Source: Candidatus Latescibacterota bacterium (GTDB lineage: Bacteria; Krumholzibacteriota; Krumholzibacteriia; WVZY01; JAKEHA01). From it: a DNA stretch of 64,000 bases. The translations under genes and the position numbers were made by a program. The notes under the pieces were generated by a model. It worked only from the letters and a program-made list of their open reading frames with translations, did not search any database and was not told the origin of the DNA. Shown one piece after another: positions 9,090 to 22,460 of this stretch (position 1 is its first letter; every line of letters begins with the position of its first letter). Where the stretch lies: NCBI GenBank assembly GCA_963707635.1, contig OY970173.1:1504001-1568000 (forward strand). The letters are read 5' to 3'.

Positions 9090-11561
9090 CTAGCGGATAA
9101 CCACGAACTTGCCGATCTTGCGCGTGTAGGCGTCGTTCGTGTCGGTCTCGACCGCGAAGATGTAGACCCCGCTGGTCACGTCCTGACCGTTGCGGCTGAC
9201 GAGATCCCACTTCATGGTGCCGTTACCGGCGGTTCCGTCGAAGGGGAGCTCCTCGACCAGATCGCCCGCCAGGGTGAAGATTCGGATGGTACCGCGATCC
9301 GCCGGGAGGTTGCGGAACTCCACCTTGATACCGGTCGGGTCGTCGTTGTTGGGAGAGAGTGTCCACGGCGCCATCGACTCGGTCGTGGCCGGGTTCGGAA
9401 CCACGTAAACCGCGTCCTCGTTGTACGAGTAGTCCGGCTGTGACACGGTGTTGGGCTCCACATACAGGAAATTGGACTGCGGGTCGCCGATCTTGCCTTC
9501 GGAGAACGCCTTGGTCGTGCCGTCGATGGCGTGGTCGCCCGCGGCGACTGCGTAGAAATATGGGCGACCGCGGTGAATCGTCGTATCGACATACCGGTAG
9601 TACTGCCGACCGCCCTCCACGCCCAGCTCCCACGCCGCCAGCGCGGTCAGCGTGTCGCAGACCTCCTGGGTGACGCCCTGAGGACACGGCGGCGTCGTAC
9701 CGGGAAACTCCAGCATCTGCTGCTTGAGTGAGTTGATCATGTCCCGCTTCACCGCCGGCGAGAGCAGGTGCGTGAGCGGCTCGTACCGGTACCGGCTCAA
9801 GCCGGTGTCCTCACCGAAATTGTTTACGATGTCCGCCTGAAAGAGCAGTTTCCACAGGTTGGCGGGAGGCCCGTTGCTCGCGGACGTGCCGATGGGACGG
9901 GTCCAGTTGTCGGCCCGGAATATCCGGTAGCCTTCGAAGTCCTGCTCCTGCGTCTTCACGTCGGGCACGGTCTCGCTGAAGTTGTCCCAGTAGAGGACGA
10001 TGCCGTCCTTGCCCGCGTCGTCGATGCGGATCTTGGGCGGCGGGGGTGCTGTGCCGACGATCCAGAACAACTGTGTCTCGTTGCCGGCGACGCCGGTCCG
10101 GAATTTGGCGCTGTCCGCCTCCGAGTATCCACACAACAGCTTGAACTGGCGTTCTTCACCGCAATCGTTGTTGATCCAGAGGGTCTTGCCGGCCCCGACG
10201 GTGACGTTGGAGGCGCCCTCGTACAGGCAGGAGTCGATGATGACGCCTTGCGCCGGCCCGCGGACCCTGGTCTCGCGCCCAGCGATTCCGGTGCTCTTGG
10301 TGAAATCGAGGTCGAACCAGGCGCCCTCGAAGGTGAACTGGGCGTTAGCGGCGTTCGTGACCATGCCGTCGAGGCCCTTCCCGATGGCGAACGCGGTCTG
10401 AAACACAAGGGTGCTTCCCGGAAGCAGCTCCGCGAACGGGCCCGCCGCCATCATCATGCGATAGTCGCGCGGAAACGCCTGGTCACGATCACGGACCTCC
10501 GAGGACAGGAGTTCATAACGCTCGAAGTCGTTGGTCGGGTCGCCGCCAGCCTCGAACGACGCGGAGCCGGAGAAGTTCGCGTATGTGGCCACGCCCACCT
10601 TCATGGGGGCGGACTCGCCGGTCGGGTCCGTTGTGTGTCCGAGGAACAACACGCCCAGATACCCGGGGGTGGCGCCCTCGTCGCCGTCGATGTCGTACAC
10701 GTAGGCGATGTCCATCAGCACGGGGCCAAGGTCGGTGCAGCGAAGCTGGGCGCCCAGGAATCCCGTTCCGTCATCCTCCCAGTAGTTTTCCCTTGTGCGC
10801 GGACCCGCGTCGCCGTCGGCGAAGAAGCCGATAAACATGTCCTCGAGTGGGTCCTTACCGACGTTGGTGATCCAGAATTGCGCACCCACGAAGTCGTCGA
10901 ACCGGTCCTCCTCCCACTGATAGCTCTCCTGGCGAACGTGGAGGTTGAGCGGGTTGTGCTGCGGGTAGATCTGCACGGACGAGGGACCGTAGTCAATATA
11001 CTGGCAGGAAAACATCTGCTTGGAGACGGCGGCAAAGTCTTCGTCGGTCTCGCCGTCGCCGTCGTCGTCAAATCCGTTGAGCCAGTCCTCGTCGACCAGC
11101 CCGTCTCTGTCGTCGTCGGCCGTCGTCGACGGCTTGCGGTTGCCGCCCCGCACTCCCTCCGCCGCCCGGTAGATAATGTCGTGCGGATCCTGCGAGGGTC
11201 GGAACTCCGCCGCGTATGTCGACGTGGTCACCGCCGGAATGCCGGCCTTGATCGCTCCGACCCACAGTCCCGCCGCGAAGAGATACTCGACGCCGCTGCC
11301 GGCCGGCCACTGGGCGGATGGTGATCCGGCAAAAGGCTGAGTGGAACCCGGCCACGAGCCGAACAATCCCCAGTTACCAACGTGCATCTGCAGCTCGCCG
11401 ACGTTGTGCACGTTCGAACCGTTGAGGACCAGAACTCGGTTGGGTCCACCGGGGCCCTTCTGGATTCCTTCGGCGGGTTGATCGATGTGGGCCACGAGCA
11501 CGGATGGCGCCACGGCTGCCCAAAGAAATACCGCGACGCACAAGAGATTACGCTTCTTCAT
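9090..11561 (-). CDS. large secreted protein with C-terminal T9SS-CTD/FlgD-like domain
   Basis: Signal peptide (MKKRNLL...); DxDxDG acidic repeats; FN3-like segment (LYWD...FEGYRIFR); C-terminus VVPNP...IRIFTLAGDLV...WDL...SGVYIF...GKFVVIR. Confidence 0.8.
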   Translation of the reverse strand: MKKRNLLCVAVFLWAAVAPSVLVAHIDQPAEGIQKGPGGPNRVLVLNGSNVHNVGELQMHVGNWGLFGSWPGSTQPFAGSPSAQWPAGSGVEYLFAAGLWVGAIKAGIPAVTTSTYAAEFRPSQDPHDIIYRAAEGVRGGNRKPSTTADDDRDGLVDEDWLNGFDDDGDGETDEDFAAVSKQMFSCQYIDYGPSSVQIYPQHNPLNLHVRQESYQWEEDRFDDFVGAQFWITNVGKDPLEDMFIGFFADGDAGPRTRENYWEDDGTGFLGAQLRCTDLGPVLMDIAYVYDIDGDEGATPGYLGVLFLGHTTDPTGESAPMKVGVATYANFSGSASFEAGGDPTNDFERYELLSSEVRDRDQAFPRDYRMMMAAGPFAELLPGSTLVFQTAFAIGKGLDGMVTNAANAQFTFEGAWFDLDFTKSTGIAGRETRVRGPAQGVIIDSCLYEGASNVTVGAGKTLWINNDCGEERQFKLLCGYSEADSAKFRTGVAGNETQLFWIVGTAPPPPKIRIDDAGKDGIVLYWDNFSETVPDVKTQEQDFEGYRIFRADNWTRPIGTSASNGPPANLWKLLFQADIVNNFGEDTGLSRYRYEPLTHLLSPAVKRDMINSLKQQMLEFPGTTPPCPQGVTQEVCDTLTALAAWELGVEGGRQYYRYVDTTIHRGRPYFYAVAAGDHAIDGTTKAFSEGKIGDPQSNFLYVEPNTVSQPDYSYNEDAVYVVPNPATTESMAPWTLSPNNDDPTGIKVEFRNLPADRGTIRIFTLAGDLVEELPFDGTAGNGTMKWDLVSRNGQDVTSGVYIFAVETDTNDAYTRKIGKFVVIR

Positions 11562-11817
11562 TCCGGCGTCCTTCCTTCTACGGAAGACCGTGCATTTCAT
11601 GTTGGAAACCGGGCTGCCGGCCAGGCTCGTCAGTTCTGATGGAACGAGTGGTGGGATCACCCTAAAGAAACCACGGGGTGTGGCTGCCTGTCAAGCGATT
11701 TCACGGGGCTAACTGGTCCGAAGAGTTCGGGTTCCGGCGGCGGGCAGCGCCCGCGCCTTTCCGGCCCTGGCACTGGTGGGGTGGCACCTAAATGCGCTCC
11801 TCGTGTACCATTGCCTC

Positions 11818-13233
11818 ATGCGGCGTGAGCATTCGTTCGTTCACCTGACCGGGTTCACGAGGCGCGGACGGCCGGGATCGCGTGTGGGACCCCTCGCGCT
11901 GGCCGTCGGCTGCCTGGCGGCCGCGCTCGGCGGGTGCTCATCGAAGGGGGAAGGGCCGCGCAGCCTCACCATCGCGTTTTCCAACGACCTCCACGGGGAG
12001 GTACGGTCGTGCGGTTGCGCCGTCCAGGATTACGGCGGGCTCGGCCGTCGGGCGACGTTTCTCACCACCCTCCGTGACACCACCGGCGACATGCTGCTCG
12101 TCGACGGCGGCGACATTTTCGCCTCGGGGATGAACTACGGGCGCGAGAAGGCCGACCTGACTCTCAAGTCGATGGCGCGGATGCGGTATGACGCCGTGGT
12201 CGCGGGCGAGAAGGATTTTGGATTCGGAACGGACTACATCGTGAAGCGCCCGCGGGAGGTCGGGTTGCCGATCATCGCCGCGAACCTCTTCGACGCGACC
12301 GCCGACACGCTCCTGTTTCCGGCGACGCGCGAGGTGACGCTGCCGTCCGGGCTACGGGTGGGACTGGTCGGCGTGATCACGCGCACGCTCAAGTTTCCTC
12401 CGCAGGTGCACCCGGGCAGCCTGGTGATTCGCGACCCCGTAACCACGATCCGGCCGATCGTCGACTCGCTGCGCACCCGCGTCGACCTGGTGGTGGTCGT
12501 CGCGCACATGGGACGCAATGAGGCCCGGCGCCTCGCGACGATGCCGGGTGTAGACGTGCTCGTGCACGGGCATGAGGGCGCGGCGATGCGGCGTGCCCGC
12601 CGCGAAGGCAGCGCTTACGTGCTCCAGGTGGCCGACCGGGGCCGGTACATGGGGGTGGCGTACACCACCCTGGGGAAGGACGCGCGCATCGCCTCGCTCA
12701 GTCTGGCTGCGGTGCCGCTGGACAAGAGCTTTGCGGACGACGAAGCCATCGCGAAGCTCTTCCAGGTCTACGACATCGCCATCGCCGCCCACGAAAAGGC
12801 GGCGTCGACGGACGAGGAGCCCGCGCCGGCGAAAGATCGGTTCGTCGGTGCGAACACCTGCCGGCCGTGCCACGGCGCATTCTACGACCAGTGGTCGCAG
12901 ACGAAACACGCGCACGCGTTCGAGACGCTGGCGACGCGCGGCCGCGAGTTCGACCGCGACTGCACCCCGTGCCATTCGACCGGGTTTTATCACGCCGGCG
13001 GCTTCGTCTCGGCGGCGGCGACACCCGAATTGACGGCAGTCCAGTGCGAGTCGTGCCACGGAAACGGCGCGGCGCACGCGCGGGACCCGCGGGTCAAGAC
13101 CGCGATGGACGCCCGCGCCGAGTGCCGTCAGTGCCACACCGTGGACCAGACCCCCGACTTCGCATTCGAGCCGTTCTGGGCGAAGCTTTCGAACTGCAGT
13201 CGCGCGGCCGCGGCCTCGCCCGGCGGCCGCTGA
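11818..13233 (+). CDS. lipoprotein: UshA/5'-nucleotidase-like N-terminal domain fused to a tetraheme cytochrome c (c554-like) domain
   Basis: Lipobox LGGC; metallophosphoesterase-like NDLHG, SCGC, GG..RR, VDGGD, VAHMG, VHGHE; four CxxCH motifs (CRPCH, CTPCH, CESCH, CRQCH). Confidence 0.85.
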   Translation: MRREHSFVHLTGFTRRGRPGSRVGPLALAVGCLAAALGGCSSKGEGPRSLTIAFSNDLHGEVRSCGCAVQDYGGLGRRATFLTTLRDTTGDMLLVDGGDIFASGMNYGREKADLTLKSMARMRYDAVVAGEKDFGFGTDYIVKRPREVGLPIIAANLFDATADTLLFPATREVTLPSGLRVGLVGVITRTLKFPPQVHPGSLVIRDPVTTIRPIVDSLRTRVDLVVVVAHMGRNEARRLATMPGVDVLVHGHEGAAMRRARREGSAYVLQVADRGRYMGVAYTTLGKDARIASLSLAAVPLDKSFADDEAIAKLFQVYDIAIAAHEKAASTDEEPAPAKDRFVGANTCRPCHGAFYDQWSQTKHAHAFETLATRGREFDRDCTPCHSTGFYHAGGFVSAAATPELTAVQCESCHGNGAAHARDPRVKTAMDARAECRQCHTVDQTPDFAFEPFWAKLSNCSRAAAASPGGR

Positions 13234-13287
13234 ATTGGGTTTTCCTCGCTTGACCGCGTTTTTCCGCCTGGAGTAGCGTCGCCGCTT

Positions 13288-14454
13288 GTGAAACGCCTTC
13301 CCACCTGGCTCGAGATCGACCTGGACCGCTTCGACAACAACCTCGAGCGCATCCAGGCGTGGGTGGGTCCCGGGGTCGGGATGCTGCTCACCGTCAAGGC
13401 CGACGCCTACGGACACGGCGCGGTCCAGATCGCCCGCGCCGCCACGCGACGGGTGCGCATGTTCGGCGTGGCGACCGTCGACGAGGCGCTCGAGCTGCGG
13501 GAAGCGGGAATACCCAACGACATCCTCATCCTGAGCCCCATTCTCGAGACCGAGATCGCCTCGGTTGCGCGGCACGGATTCGCAATCACGATTTCGTCGT
13601 CAGACTTCGCCGGCGCGGTGTCGGCGCACGCGGGCGGAGCCGTCATCGACGCGCACGTCGAAATCGACACCGGCATGGGGCGGACCGGGGTGGCGGAGGA
13701 AGAGGCGTTCGACGAAGTGGGCCGGATCGCCGCCGCCCCCGGCGTGCGCCTGCGCGGGCTCTATACCCATTTCCCCGTGTCCGACACGGATCCGGCGTAC
13801 ACGCGCGCCCAGGTGGCGCGATTTCTCGACCTGGTGGCGCGCGTGCGCGCAAGCGGGATCGAGGTCCCGCTCGTCCACAGCGCGAACAGCGCGGCGGTGG
13901 ATGGCGTGCGCGAGTCGCACATGAATCTGGTGCGCCCGGGGCTGCTCGCGTACGGGCTGCACCCTTCCGGCGGGGTTCCCGGCGTCGACGTGGCGCCGAT
14001 CATGAGCTGGAAGACGCGGATCGTGCGCGTGCGACGCGTGCCGGCGGGGAAGTCGATCAGCTACGCGCGCTCCTACACCACCACGCGCGCGTCGGTGATC
14101 GGGGTCGTGCCGGTGGGCTACGGGCACGGATACCCGTTGCGGCTTTCGCAGCGCGGATCGATGCTGGTGACGGGGCGGCGGGTTCCGATCGTGGGGCGTG
14201 TCACCATGGACATGACCATGGTCGACCTCACCGACCTACCCGAGGTGCCGAAACCGGGCGCCGAAGTGGTGCTGGTGGGCACCCAGGAGGTCGAGACGCT
14301 CACGTTTCACGACCTGGCCGGCTGGGGCGACACCATCTGCTACGAAGTCATGTGCGGCATCTCGAAGCGGGTTCCGCGCACCTACTTCCGCTTCGGCAAG
14401 GTAGAGACGTTCAAGTCGCTGCTCGGTGTGCTTCCGAATCGCGTCACCGTGTAG
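13288..14454 (+). CDS. alr: alanine racemase
   Basis: PLP-lysine motif VKADAYGHG, EIDTGMGRTG, HSANS, VRPG, GRVTMD. Confidence 0.95.
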   Translation: MKRLPTWLEIDLDRFDNNLERIQAWVGPGVGMLLTVKADAYGHGAVQIARAATRRVRMFGVATVDEALELREAGIPNDILILSPILETEIASVARHGFAITISSSDFAGAVSAHAGGAVIDAHVEIDTGMGRTGVAEEEAFDEVGRIAAAPGVRLRGLYTHFPVSDTDPAYTRAQVARFLDLVARVRASGIEVPLVHSANSAAVDGVRESHMNLVRPGLLAYGLHPSGGVPGVDVAPIMSWKTRIVRVRRVPAGKSISYARSYTTTRASVIGVVPVGYGHGYPLRLSQRGSMLVTGRRVPIVGRVTMDMTMVDLTDLPEVPKPGAEVVLVGTQEVETLTFHDLAGWGDTICYEVMCGISKRVPRTYFRFGKVETFKSLLGVLPNRVTV

Positions 14455-14512
14455 TCGGCGAACCGGCGCGCAGAAGGCGCCTCCGGCGGCCCGATCACGC
14501 GCGGAATGAATC

Positions 14513-15676
14513 GTGAACTCGTTCTCCCGCGTAATTCTGATCGTTCTCGACGGTGTGGGCGCCGGCGCCGCGCCCGACGCAGCCGCGTACGGTGACGCGG
14601 GGAGCCACACCCTCGCCAACACCGCGCGCGCCGTCGGCGGCCTCCACCTTCCCAACCTTGCCCGCCTCGGACTCGGTCGCATCGGCGAGATCGCCGGTGT
14701 GCCGGCAGTCGCCGCGCCGGAGGCGCACGTCGGAACCATGCAGCCCGCCGCCGCGGGCAAGGACAGCACCAGCGGTCACTGGGAAATGATGGGGTACACG
14801 CTCACCCGCGCGTTTCCGACCTACCCGGACGGTTTCCCCGATACCGTCATCGCCGCATTCGAGCGCGCGATCGGCCGGCGTGTGCTCGGCAACCGGGTTG
14901 CCAGCGGCACGGCCATCCTGGACGAGCTCGGTCCCAGCCACCTCGAGACCGGGGAGCCGATCGTGTACACCTCGGCCGACAGCGTGTTCCAGATCGCCGC
15001 GCACGAGGAGCGCGTGCCGGTGTCCGAGCTCTACGGGTGGTGCCAGACGGCGCGCGCGCTGCTGGTGCCGCCGCATGGCGTCGCGCGCGTCATCGCGCGG
15101 CCGTTTCTCGGCGGTCCCGGTGGATTCCGCCGGACCTCGGGCCGACGCGACTTCTCACTCCCGCCTCCAGGCGAGACGGTGCTCGACGCACTGGCCGCGG
15201 CGGGCAAGCGTGTGCTGACCATCGGCAAGATCGACCAGCTGTTCGCGGGTCGCGGCGTTACGCGGGCGATCCACACGCGCGACAATCGCGACGGCATGGC
15301 GCGAACCCTGGAAGCAGTCGCCGGACGCGACGCCGAGCTCGTGTTCGTCAACCTGGTGGACTTCGACACGATGTGGGGGCACCGCAATGACACGCGCGCG
15401 TTTGCGCTCGGGCTCGAGGAGTTCGACGCGTTCCTTCCGGAGCTCCGGCGCGCCCTGCGCGACAACGACCTGCTGATCGTCACGGCCGACCACGGCAACG
15501 ACCCCACGACGCCGGGCACGGACCACAGCCGGGAATGCGTGCCGCTGCTGGTCTGGCACCGCGCGCTGGCGCAAGGCCGCGACCTGGGGGTGCGGGCGAC
15601 CTTCGCCGACGTGGGCGCCACGGTGGCGCGCGTGCTGGGAGTGGGGGTGGTGGCGGGGAGTCCGGTCGAGACGTGA
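14513..15676 (+). CDS. deoB: phosphopentomutase
   Basis: [62 protein letters not shown]. Confidence 0.95.
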   Translation: MNSFSRVILIVLDGVGAGAAPDAAAYGDAGSHTLANTARAVGGLHLPNLARLGLGRIGEIAGVPAVAAPEAHVGTMQPAAAGKDSTSGHWEMMGYTLTRAFPTYPDGFPDTVIAAFERAIGRRVLGNRVASGTAILDELGPSHLETGEPIVYTSADSVFQIAAHEERVPVSELYGWCQTARALLVPPHGVARVIARPFLGGPGGFRRTSGRRDFSLPPPGETVLDALAAAGKRVLTIGKIDQLFAGRGVTRAIHTRDNRDGMARTLEAVAGRDAELVFVNLVDFDTMWGHRNDTRAFALGLEEFDAFLPELRRALRDNDLLIVTADHGNDPTTPGTDHSRECVPLLVWHRALAQGRDLGVRATFADVGATVARVLGVGVVAGSPVET

Positions 15677-15677
15677 G

Positions 15678-17864
15678 CTAGTTCTCGTCGAGGATGCGCT
15701 GATCGAGGTCGCCCAGGCTCTCCATGTCGTGGATCGGTCGCGCGTTCGCGGAGCCGTGCCGATCGCAGGCGCGGGTCGGTTCGGTGCCCTCGATGAACAC
15801 CTCGCGGCGGATCTTCGGACACGCCTCGGTCGCGAGCAGCCCCGTCTTCTCGCATACGACGCGGTGCTGGATTCCCTCGGGCTCATCGAAGGCGTGCGCG
15901 TGATGGTCCCGGTAGGCGGCCTTCATGACCGCGGTCCAGGTCGGCAGCGACACGAACGACCCGGTCATCTTCTTGCCCATGGTCTTCTTTTCGTCGAAGC
16001 CGGACCACACGCCGACCACGAGCTCCGGGGTGAAGCCGATGAACCACGCGTCCGTGCACAGGTCGGTGGTCCCGGTCTTGCCGGCCGCCGGCTCCGTGAA
16101 ACCGAACACGCGCGCGTTGCGGCCGAACCCCTCGTTCATCACGCTCTGCATGAGGTCGGTGATCATGAAGTTCACCTTCGGGTCCAGCACCTCCTCGCGA
16201 AACTCCGTGTCCTCCTCCAGCACGCGACCCTCCCGGTCGACGACCTTGCTGAGAAGGAGGGGCTCGCCGCGCATCCCGCCGGCGGCGATGGTCGCGTAGG
16301 CGTTGGTGATTTCGAGCAGCGTCACCTCGGACACGCCGAGGGCGAGCGAGTACACGTTCTCCAGGTCGCTCTTGATCCCCAGGCGGTGGGCGACGTTGAT
16401 GGCCTCCACCGGACCCATCGCCATCAGCAGGCGAATGGCGGCGATGTTAATCGACGCGTTGAGCGCGTGGCGCAGGGTCACTTCTCCTTCGAAGGTCTCG
16501 GAGTAGTTCTGCGGCTTCCACACGTCGCCGTTGGGGAGGTCGAGAACGATCGGCGCGTCGAGCAGGATGTCGGCCGGGGTGTAGCCGTTTTCGAGCGCGG
16601 CGGTGAAGATGAAGGGCTTGAACGCGCTGCCCGGTTGGCGCTTGGCCTGCATGGCGCGGTCGAACTTGCTGTGCTTGAAGCTGCGGCCCCCGACCAGCGC
16701 CCGCACCAGGCCGGTCTTCACATCGATCGCGACCACCGCGCCCTGGACATACTCCGGCAACCCGGCGTCCCCCTCTCCCGCGAGTGCTTTCTCGTAGCGC
16801 GCGCGGGTGTCGACGTTGCCGCGCGCCGTCTCGATCCGGCGCAGGTGCATCTCCATGCTGTCTTCCGCGACACGCTGCAGGTACGGGTCGAGTCCCGTGT
16901 ACACCTTCAAGCCGTCGCGGTAGATGCGGTCGGCGCCGTACTTGTCCTCGAGGTATTGCCGGATTTCCTCGAGGAAGTAGGCCGCGAACTCGCTGCGGCC
17001 GGCCTTGCCCGGGCGCACCATCACCGGCGACGCGTCGATCGAATCCGCCTCCTCGCGCGTGAGCTTGTGCGTATCCACCATCGCCTCCAGCACCACCGAA
17101 CGGCGCTTGAGCGCCCGGTCCAGGTGGTTGATGGGCGAGTAGTCGCGCGGGTTCTTGGGCAGCCCGGCCAAGAGCGTCGCCTCGCCGATGTCCAGCTCCT
17201 GGGCTTTCTTTCCGAAGAACACCTGCGCCGCCGCCTCGACCCCGTGCGCGCCGCCGCCGAAATAGATCTGGTTCAAATACATCTCCAGAATTTCGTCCTT
17301 GGAGTACGCGCGCTCGATGCGGGTGGCGAGGAGCGCCTCCTTGATCTTGCGCGTGAGCGTATTCTCGAACATGTCGAAGAGGTTGCGGCCCAGCTGCTGG
17401 GTGATGGTGCTGCCGCCCTGCACCGTGCTGCCGTGGCGCAGGTTGATCAAGACGGCGCGGGCGATGCCGAAGAGGTCGACACCCCAGTGCGAGTAGAACT
17501 TGCGGTCCTCGACGGCGACGAACGCGTCGGGCAGATAGGGAGGGAGGTCCTCGATGGAAACCAGCGCGCGGTCCTCGACAAAGAACTCGCCCACCACGCT
17601 CGAGTCCGCGCCGAACACCTGCGTCTTGAGCGTGGGTTCGATCATCTCCAGCCGCGAGGTGCTGGGGAGATCGCGTGCGAAGTAGCGGTACGCGGAAAGG
17701 ACCGTACCCGCGGCCAGCACGACCAGACCGACGATCACGTGCCGCAGGCGGATGCGGCGCGGAGGACGTCCACCCCCGCCGGGTTCGGCACCCCCATCTG
17801 GCGGGATGACCGGCGGATTTGTGGCGCCGTGGACGGCGGGTCGTTGGCGGTCGTCGCTCGACAT
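15678..17864 (-). CDS. class A penicillin-binding protein (PBP1A family)
   Basis: N-terminal TM; transglycosylase EDRKFYSHWG, GSTITQQL, RKIKE; transpeptidase S-A-F-K, S-I-N, KTG. Confidence 0.93.
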   Translation of the reverse strand: MSSDDRQRPAVHGATNPPVIPPDGGAEPGGGGRPPRRIRLRHVIVGLVVLAAGTVLSAYRYFARDLPSTSRLEMIEPTLKTQVFGADSSVVGEFFVEDRALVSIEDLPPYLPDAFVAVEDRKFYSHWGVDLFGIARAVLINLRHGSTVQGGSTITQQLGRNLFDMFENTLTRKIKEALLATRIERAYSKDEILEMYLNQIYFGGGAHGVEAAAQVFFGKKAQELDIGEATLLAGLPKNPRDYSPINHLDRALKRRSVVLEAMVDTHKLTREEADSIDASPVMVRPGKAGRSEFAAYFLEEIRQYLEDKYGADRIYRDGLKVYTGLDPYLQRVAEDSMEMHLRRIETARGNVDTRARYEKALAGEGDAGLPEYVQGAVVAIDVKTGLVRALVGGRSFKHSKFDRAMQAKRQPGSAFKPFIFTAALENGYTPADILLDAPIVLDLPNGDVWKPQNYSETFEGEVTLRHALNASINIAAIRLLMAMGPVEAINVAHRLGIKSDLENVYSLALGVSEVTLLEITNAYATIAAGGMRGEPLLLSKVVDREGRVLEEDTEFREEVLDPKVNFMITDLMQSVMNEGFGRNARVFGFTEPAAGKTGTTDLCTDAWFIGFTPELVVGVWSGFDEKKTMGKKMTGSFVSLPTWTAVMKAAYRDHHAHAFDEPEGIQHRVVCEKTGLLATEACPKIRREVFIEGTEPTRACDRHGSANARPIHDMESLGDLDQRILDEN

Positions 17865-18008
17865 GCGGCATTCCCTTCGGCGCGTCACGGCGCCGGTTCC
17901 CGGCACCATAGCACGGTTGCTCGCGGCGGAGCCACGCTTTACGCGACCCGACCCACGCTGATATGATGCGGGCTTGGCGTCGGGCCGACGCCGGAACCCG
18001 GAGTACCC

Positions 18009-19250
18009 ATGACCCGCAAGCACGACCTCCCGGCGCGCAGCGTCGAGGAACAGATCGCCATCATCCGCCGGGGGGCCGTCGAGATCATCCCGGAGGAGGA
18101 CCTGCGGCGCAAGCTCGAGCGATCGCTGCAGACCGGAGTGCCGCTGGTGATTAAACAAGGCTTCGACCCGACCGCGCCCGACATTCATCTCGGGCACACG
18201 GTGGGGCTGCGCAAGCTGCGGCAGTTTCAGGACCTCGGCCACACGGTGGTGTTCCTGATCGGGGATTTCACGGGCATGATCGGGGACCCCAGCGGCCGCA
18301 GCGAGACCCGCAAGCGGCTCGACCACGACGAACTGGTCGAGAACGCCAAGACCTACACCGAGCAGGCGTTCAAGATCCTGGATCCGAAACGTACCGTGGT
18401 GGACTACAACAGCCGCTGGCTCGCCAAGCTGGAATTCGCGGATGTGCTGCGGCTCACCGCCACCCAGACGGTGGCCCAGATGCTCGAGCGTGACGATTTC
18501 GAGAAGCGCTACGCGGCCGGCCGCCCGATCAGTCTGCTCGAATTCGTGTACCCGCTCGCACAGGGTTATGACTCCGTGGCGCTCAATGCGGACGTCGAGA
18601 TCGGCGCCACCGAACAGAAGTTCAACCTGCTCATGGCGCGCGAGATTCAGCGCCACTACGGCCAGGAGCCGGAGGTCATCCTCACCCTTCCGATCCTCGA
18701 GGGCATCGACGGGGTGGAGAAGATGAGCAAGTCGCTGGGCAACTACATCGGCATCACGGAACCCGCCGAGGAGATTTTTGGCAAGACCATGCGGATTCCG
18801 GACACCCTGATGCTCAAGTACTTCGAACTGGTGAGCACCCGCACACCGGCGCAACTCGACGAGATTCGCGCGCGCCTTAAGGCTCCGGGAACCAATCCCT
18901 CCCACCTCAAGCGCGAACTCGCGCGCGACCTGGTGGAACAGTTCCACGATGCGGAGGCCGCGCAGGCGGCGGAGAGTCACTTCAACCGCCTGTTCGTGCA
19001 GCACGAGCGCCCCGAGGCGACCGACCGCGTCGAGCTGGCCGCGGGGGACGAGGGCCTGTGGATCGTGAAGGCGCTGACCCAGGCCGGGCTGTGCGAAAGC
19101 TCGTCGCAGGCGCGGCGGATGATCCAGCAGGGCGCGGTCAAGCTCGACGGGGCGAAACTCTCCGACGTGGACGTGAAGCTGGCCGCCCGCAAGCAACCCT
19201 ACGCGGTGCAGGTGGGCAAGCGCGGTTTCGCCGACATCGTCGTGAAGTAG
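18009..19250 (+). CDS. tyrS: tyrosine--tRNA ligase
   Basis: [33 protein letters not shown] and a C-terminal S4-like domain. Confidence 0.96.
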   Translation: MTRKHDLPARSVEEQIAIIRRGAVEIIPEEDLRRKLERSLQTGVPLVIKQGFDPTAPDIHLGHTVGLRKLRQFQDLGHTVVFLIGDFTGMIGDPSGRSETRKRLDHDELVENAKTYTEQAFKILDPKRTVVDYNSRWLAKLEFADVLRLTATQTVAQMLERDDFEKRYAAGRPISLLEFVYPLAQGYDSVALNADVEIGATEQKFNLLMAREIQRHYGQEPEVILTLPILEGIDGVEKMSKSLGNYIGITEPAEEIFGKTMRIPDTLMLKYFELVSTRTPAQLDEIRARLKAPGTNPSHLKRELARDLVEQFHDAEAAQAAESHFNRLFVQHERPEATDRVELAAGDEGLWIVKALTQAGLCESSSQARRMIQQGAVKLDGAKLSDVDVKLAARKQPYAVQVGKRGFADIVVK

Positions 19251-19296
19251 CGACGCGCTGTCGCGCGGCTGCCCGGAAGTGCCCGGTCGGGCGCGC

Positions 19297-19326
19297 TTGA
19301 CGATGCGTCGGCCGCGTGCATATAAT
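19297..19326 (+). promoter_or_regulatory. sigma-70-type promoter of the STAS gene
   Basis: TTGACG, 18-nt spacer, TATAAT. Confidence 0.75.
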
Positions 19327-19424
19327 GCGCACTCGCCTGATTGCTCTCGGGGCGTTCCGCGTGGATTCGCCCTGCGACGGCGTCAGACACCACCCGCTCG
19401 CGTTGCGGAAGAAGGAGAAGGCCC

Positions 19425-19772
19425 ATGCTGTATGAACACACCACGGTTGGCGACGTGCACGTGCTTGCGCCCAAGAAGAATCTCGTCGGCAAGGATGAGA
19501 CGCAGGGGCTTCTGGCCGCCATCGATGAGCTGGCGGAGAAGGGCACGCCCAAGATCGTCGTGGACCTCGGGAAGATCTCCTACATCAACAGCACCGGGCT
19601 GGGCGCGCTGGTACGGGCGAGAATGACCTGTCAGCGGCACGAAGGCTGGCTGCGGCTGGCGCGCGTCGGCGACCGAATTGGCGCCATCTTCATGGTCACG
19701 AAGCTCGTGCTCGTGTTCGACACCTTCGAGACGATCGACGAGGCCGTGGCGGCGCCGGAGAAAAAAGAATAG
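19425..19772 (+). CDS. STAS-domain anti-sigma factor antagonist
   Basis: IVVDLGKISYINSTGLGAL with the phosphorylatable Ser; ends FETIDEAV; AAGGAG RBS. Confidence 0.88.
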   Translation: MLYEHTTVGDVHVLAPKKNLVGKDETQGLLAAIDELAEKGTPKIVVDLGKISYINSTGLGALVRARMTCQRHEGWLRLARVGDRIGAIFMVTKLVLVFDTFETIDEAVAAPEKKE

Positions 19773-19796
19773 AGCCGGCCCGATCGGGGCCGGCTC
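19772..19796. terminator. GC-rich hairpin between convergent genes
   Basis: GAGCCGGCCC-GATCG-GGGCCGGCTC, a 10-bp stem with no clear U-tract. Confidence 0.5.
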
Positions 19797-19834
19797 CACT
19801 CGCCTGGATTTTACCGCTCGAGCGCGGCGCGCCG

Positions 19835-22270
<2,436 letters not shown>

Positions 22271-22378
22271 GGATATCTCCTTGAGTGGGGTTCGGGCACC
22301 CGGGTCGCACCGGGGTGTTTCGATGATTGGCCAACGTCGATCCGGCGTCCCGGATCCGACCGACGAACGAGGTGCAGC

Positions 22379-22408
22379 ATAGTAGCCAACCACCCGTGCG
22401 ATCGTCAA
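22379..22408 (-). promoter_or_regulatory. sigma-70-type promoter of hppA
   Basis: Minus strand TTGACG, 18-nt spacer, TACTAT. Confidence 0.6.
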
Positions 22409-22460
22409 GCCGTGGCGTGCTAGTTTCTAAGGGGCGCGCGTCCGTGGCGCGCGGAGATGG

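Noticed and set aside
11782..11796. Possible sigma-54 promoter TGGCACCTAAATGC before the cytochrome gene
   Set aside because: GG-to-GC spacing is 9 nt rather than the required 10
15678..19196. 1172-aa ORF suggesting a giant PBP fusion
   Set aside because: The N-terminal ~440 codons are the antisense shadow of tyrS plus intergenic DNA; the real PBP starts at 17864 after an SD
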